Assembly: GCF_009914755.1 (NCBI RefSeq)
Contig: NC_060947.1
DNA: 64,000 bases
Reading direction: 5' to 3' (one strand)
From: the human T2T-CHM13v2.0 reference genome, Homo sapiens
This document shows positions 62,505-64,000 of the stretch, in pieces. Every line of letters starts with the position of its first letter. Position 1 is the first letter of the stretch. A program made the translations under genes and the position numbers. The notes beneath the pieces were generated by a model, which was not told the origin of the DNA, did no database searches, and saw only the letters and a program-made list of their open reading frames with translations.

Positions 62505-63015
62505 GTGTCAGGGAGTCCCCAAGAACCATCCCCAGGTTTGATGATTGGCTAGGAAGACTTATGGGACTCAGCATATAGTTGTATTCATGGCCGTGATGTA
62601 TTGCAATGAAAGAGTACAAGAATAAAATCAGGAAAGGAAAAAGGCACATGGGGTGGAAGTCCAGGGGTAAGCAGGCACAGTAGAGTCACACAGGACGTGC
62701 TTAATTCCTCTAGCAAGGAGTTGTGACAACACGTGTGAGATGCTGTCTTCCAGGGAAGCTCATTAGAGACTCAGTGCCCAGGACTTTTACTGGGGACTGG
62801 TCGTATAGGTATCCTCTGCCTGCCACATATCCAAATTCCAGACCCCACAAGGAAAGCGGGAGTTCAGCATAAACCACAATGAGGCATTCTTAGCAGTTTA
62901 AGAAATGGTGGGAGCCCTCCCGAAATCTAAGTTCCCGGACACCCAGCCAGTGGCCAACCTTGAAAGCAAGCCTTTCCAAGGACAGCAGTCTCAGGCCTGC
63001 CATGTTAATGCTTTT
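62505..63015 (-). mobile_element. MER21-like LTR nested within an older MLT1-like element, SYAP1 intron 1
   Basis: tgtcagggagtccccaagaaccatccccaggtttgatgatt...gggactcagcatatagttgtattcatggc. Confidence 0.6.
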
Positions 63016-63813
63016 CTGCAGAGTCTCCAAGAAATGTGGGGATGGGAGGGAGGTCCCAGGGTCAGTTCCATGGCTCAACGATATGATCAGGGAACCAATC
63101 TCTTCCACGCTTCCTCTCCTTCATCCATAGTGAGTTGGTTTCCATCCTCAGGCTGATCACTTCAGGCTCACAAGACAGCAACTGCAGTAGAAAGGGAGGA
63201 CGAGGACTCTCCCCATAGCTCCCTTTTTATTAAGAAAGAGAATGTTTCTGGATGCCGACTTGCAGGTGTCCCCTTAAATTTCTTGGGGTGGAGCTGTCAC
63301 ATGGCTTTTCTAAGCTTCACGGGACTCTCAGCAAGTATGTGGCAGAGATCCTGACAGAGGTAGTGCCATTACCTTCTTTGGTGTGGACTTGTCAAGATTC
63401 ATTCTCTGGGGCTGGCCACATGGGCACGCATCAAAATTGGGGTGGTTTTAACAAGGCAGAAGAGATGGGCTACTGGCTGGGCAGCCAGCAAGATCTGCCC
63501 CTATCACATAGGACAAATCATTTTTCCTCTGTGAGCCTCAGCTTCCCTTTTTTTGAACTGGGCAGATTATTCCTTCTCCTTGTCCCAGGAAGGTTATGAG
63601 AATAAAACATGGCATAATTAAAATGAAGGTAAAATAACTACTTTAAATGTTAGCTGTCGGCCCCCACCTTCCAGCAGGTCGCTAAGTCGTATTCAGATAC
63701 ATTTGAATTTGACTTCCTTTTCTTTGGCGCTACTTCGTTTCAGACCCTCACTTTATGGACTGAAGTGGACATTGTACTCCTGTTACTTCCTGTTAACTCC
63801 TATCTTAGTTTCA

Positions 63814-63978
<165 letters not shown>

Positions 63979-64000
63979 TCAAAATAAAAACTGTCTTCAA

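Overview
Human genomic DNA: very Alu-dense, with an AluYa5-type element. The gene pair identifies it as Xp22. The minus strand carries the 5' three-quarters of CTPS2 (CTP synthase 2): a CpG-island promoter with several candidate non-coding first-exon donors (~50.0-51.3 kb) and 12 coding exons (41379 down to 5984). These splice in frame to codons 1-432 and the gene runs off the left edge. SYAP1 starts divergently about 7 kb away on the plus strand (CpG island, first coding exon 58207-58381). The rest is mostly Alu, L1, MLT/MER LTRs and hAT DNA-transposon relics, and almost all ORFs in the track are Alu or CpG-island artefacts. I found no new protein-coding system. The best leads are: (1) a 6.7-kb MER41 endogenous retrovirus with the shape of an mRNA (R-U5-internal-U3-R, A-rich tail, candidate TSD), i.e. 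apparently retroposed by L1; (2) an Alu-Alu micro-inversion beside the CTPS2 promoter, revealed by swapped target-site duplications, plus a 75-bp Alu gene-conversion tract; (3) a perfect estrogen response element with forkhead motifs in the intron known to host S100G; (4) a GC-AG intron and a stop-containing alternative donor in CTPS2. Repeat family names come from memory of consensus sequences, and repeat boundaries are approximate.
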